This document shows, in pieces, positions 30,675 to 32,000 of a stretch of 32,000 nt of DNA. The notes beneath the pieces are model-generated. The model was not told where the DNA came from. It searched no databases and worked only from the letters and a program-made list of their open reading frames with translations. Location: assembly GCA_003215335.1 (NCBI GenBank), contig QCKM01000003.1, forward strand, positions 1 to 32,000, written 5' to 3'. The stretch's first letter is position 1; every line of letters begins with the position of its first letter. The stretch comes from Prochlorococcus sp. AG-409-P01. GTDB lineage: Bacteria > Cyanobacteriota > Cyanobacteriia > PCC-6307 > Cyanobiaceae. The position numbers and the translations under genes are program-made.

Positions 30675-30896
30675 TTGCTCTTGTCTTCAAAGTTTTTGCT
30701 AATGACCCTCACCTGGGGAGCGCCTTTGTTGTTGAGCATAGCTTTTAGGTTTTGGGGTTATCAGCACCCTGATCCTTTTTCCTTGAGACCTCTATTGATT
30801 GTTCTTTTGTTGTTGGGACCTACTGTTTTGATAGGTTTTTGGATATTGCAAAAAGGTTTTTCTAAGACCGAAGTGGATACATTCGATGTTTCTTGA
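30675..30896 (+). CDS. Possible small two-helix membrane protein
   Basis: 73 aa from TTG, or 64 aa from the ATG at 30702, with two hydrophobic stretches. The plus strand is T-rich here, which can create hydrophobic ORFs by chance. Confidence 0.4.
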   Translation: MLLSSKFLLMTLTWGAPLLLSIAFRFWGYQHPDPFSLRPLLIVLLLLGPTVLIGFWILQKGFSKTEVDTFDVS

Positions 30897-30959
30897 TAGG
30901 AGTAAAAACCTTGGTAATGCATTGAAGAAAGTTCAGGTATTGGAAATGATTTAGTTTGT

Positions 30960-31193
30960 GTGAGCAATATTGCTTTGAATATGCTCTTTTTGAAAGTTGT
31001 TGGTGAGTTGTTTGCTTTCACTTCAACTGGAGATGCCCCTAATAGCCTTGTTTTTGGTTTGGATATAGACACTTGGTTGAATTACACGCTAATTTTTTTT
31101 GGTATTTCATCCTTTGCTTTTGTTTGGGTATGGGCGACGGGTTTTATTCGTGACAGGCAAGCCGGAAAGCCCATTGATAAGCCTTGGGAATGA
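30960..31193 (+). CDS. Possible small membrane protein
   Basis: 77 aa from GTG, with an alternative ATG at 30981. One clear hydrophobic helix is present (YTLIFFGISSFAFVWVWATGF). The stop lies 17 nt before a strong hairpin. I recognise no homology. Confidence 0.4.
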   Translation: MSNIALNMLFLKVVGELFAFTSTGDAPNSLVFGLDIDTWLNYTLIFFGISSFAFVWVWATGFIRDRQAGKPIDKPWE

Positions 31194-31209
31194 ATATATT
31201 TTGGTTGTT

Positions 31210-31272
31210 CCAACATCAAATAACCGACCCTTCTAGTAAGAAAGAAGGGTCGGTTTGAGAGAGTTGATGTTG
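31210..31272. terminator. Composite perfect hairpin, candidate bidirectional intrinsic terminator
   Basis: The inner stem pairs 31221-31233 AACCGACCCTTCT with 31242-31254 AGAAGGGTCGGTT (13 bp perfect, 8-nt loop). The outer stem pairs 31210-31218 CAACATCAA with 31264-31272 TTGATGTTG (9 bp perfect). The trailing U-tracts are only moderate: UUU on plus and AUUUGAUGUU on minus. Confidence 0.5.
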
Positions 31273-31597
31273 AAGCTTCTGAAGGTTGCTTCCTGGGGCC
31301 AAATGCTCAGGTGTAAGGCTTATCTCCTTTTAGGGCACCTAGGACGATGCAGAGGAGTGTCGACTGGATTGATGCACATTGATTTATCGCACCAGACGAG
31401 TAGCCCACTTATTGGTTAAGACTGTTGGAGCAGGAGCCGCATTCAGCTTGCTTCTTTGAGTGCTCAGGTGGCGTGTCGTCCATGGACGCCTCCGTGTTCG
31501 ATGTACTAAGACTGATGCCCTTTTGAGGACTTAGCAATCAGTCTTTACACGCATTGCTTTTAGGGCGATGAACATCCAAATTAGAAATGGCGTGCTT
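31273..31597. ncRNA. Candidate structured non-coding RNA or long 3' UTR (unidentified)
   Basis: It has no ORF of 60 aa or more on either strand. GC is raised, with hand counts of 29, 31 and 34 G+C per 60 nt for 31321-31500. Local helices and ordered direct repeats are present. It matches no RNA family I can recognise by eye. Confidence 0.3.
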
Positions 31598-32000
31598 TTA
31601 GTTTTTTTTATTTTTCTGTGCACATTTCAAGCACCCTCCATTTATTCGGTATGGAGACAGGTGACCTTTTAAGCATCTGATCCCACGAAAGAATTTTTTT
31701 TGGCCTAGTTCTCTTGCTTCTGCATCAGTTAAAGGTAGCTTGAGCCAATTTTCTGGAACTTTGCCCAGCAGCTCGGCTCTGTTTTTGATAGCTTTTTGTC
31801 TTCTTAACTGTTCTTCTCGGTTGTTTTTTCGGGAGACTCCTTCTCTGGAAAGTTTTTGAGCACAATCTCGACATTCAGTGATGTTCTTTTTGGACCTTTT
31901 TTTGTGTGATAAAGAATCACTGGGGACCTCACGCTTCCTGCCACATGTACATAGGCACCACCAATAGGCATTACCTGCAGTAGAACGGCGCTCAGAGAGT
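31598..32000 (-). CDS. Cys-rich, zinc-ribbon-like hypothetical protein. The N-terminus lies beyond the right edge of the window.
   Basis: Hand translation of the minus strand is open for 133 codons to the TAA at 31598-31600: ...AGNAYWWCLCTCGRKREVPSDSLSHKKRSKKNITECRDCAQKLSREG...GQKKFFRGIRCLKGHLSPYRINGGCLKCAQKNKKN*. It is not in the ORF track because no start codon falls inside the window. Confidence 0.6.
   Translation of the reverse strand, partial: LSERRSTAGNAYWWCLCTCGRKREVPSDSLSHKKRSKKNITECRDCAQKLSREGVSRKNNREEQLRRQKAIKNRAELLGKVPENWLKLPLTDAEARELGQKKFFRGIRCLKGHLSPYRINGGCLKCAQKNKKN

Noticed and set aside
30761-31072. A 103-aa minus-strand ORF overlapping both small plus-strand ORFs.
   Set aside because: It is low-complexity and rich in Ser, Thr, Lys and Pro. 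It is antisense to two hydrophobic ORFs and has no motif. It is probably a shadow ORF, although the plus-strand calls here are themselves only moderate confidence.
31267-31419. A 50-codon ATG ORF on the plus strand inside the GC-rich segment (MLKLLKVASWGQMLRCKAYLLLGHLGRCRGV...).
   Set aside because: It is short, has no evident ribosome-binding site, is rich in Leu, Arg, Cys, Gly and His as expected for random GC-rich sequence, and has no recognisable motif.
31273-31597. I tried to identify the GC-rich segment as RNase P RNA, tmRNA (including the permuted two-piece form known from this lineage) or SRP RNA.
   Set aside because: Neither strand has the P4 core GAGGAAAGUCC or the ACAGAA-N-CCGGCUUA element of RNase P RNA. 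The nearest matches are GAGGAGUGUCGAC and AAGGCUUAUC. For tmRNA, the only UUCGA-like site (GGACGCCUCCGUGUUCGAUG, about 31485-31503) would give an acceptor stem with A3 rather than the G3:U70 pair. I also found no Ala-initiated tag ORF ending in AA-stop. For SRP RNA, no GGAA tetraloop with an AGCAGCC flank is present. A covariance-model search is still needed.
1-32000. Mobile elements, CRISPR arrays, defence islands, toxin-antitoxin pairs, biosynthetic clusters, and rRNA or tRNA genes.
   Set aside because: I found no spaced direct-repeat arrays, no transposase, integrase or Cas-like ORFs, and no tRNA-like T-arm or acceptor patterns. Essentially every large ORF is an identifiable housekeeping gene in conserved order.

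Overview
This window is an AT-rich stretch (roughly 36-38% GC by eye) of tightly packed cyanobacterial core chromosome. The gene order is: RRM protein, argH, GAF-PP2C phosphatase, ftsY, nusB and DUF502 on the minus strand. Then queG, a TPR protein and a gyrA/parC-like gene on the plus strand. Then purF, purL, a PRC-barrel protein and dnaN on the minus strand, followed by a 367-nt gap. After the gap come thrC, a secreted protein and an ABC1 kinase (minus), recN, uvrA and sps (plus), and purT, orf79 and mraY (minus). This matches my memory of the origin-proximal region of Prochlorococcus and related marine picocyanobacterial genomes, where dnaN is gene 1, read here in reverse orientation. That is a recollection, not a database search. 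The dnaN-thrC gap carries a cluster of cyanobacterial-type DnaA boxes and is most likely oriC. I see no CRISPR array, transposase, integrase, rRNA or tRNA gene, or recognisable defence or secondary-metabolite cluster, and I cannot support a claim of a novel multi-gene system. About 31 kb of the window is ordinary housekeeping sequence. The only part the gene models do not explain is the right-hand 0.8 kb. It holds a very strong composite hairpin at 31210-31272, then about 325 nt of ORF-free sequence with raised GC (about 50%), local helices and two ordered 10-nt direct repeats. After that comes a partial Cys-rich (zinc-ribbon-like) ORF running off the window end. This could be a structured ncRNA, a long 3' UTR, or the edge of horizontally acquired DNA. 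Two CDSs are missing from the supplied ORF track: the RRM protein at 1-279 and the Cys-rich ORF at 31598-32000.
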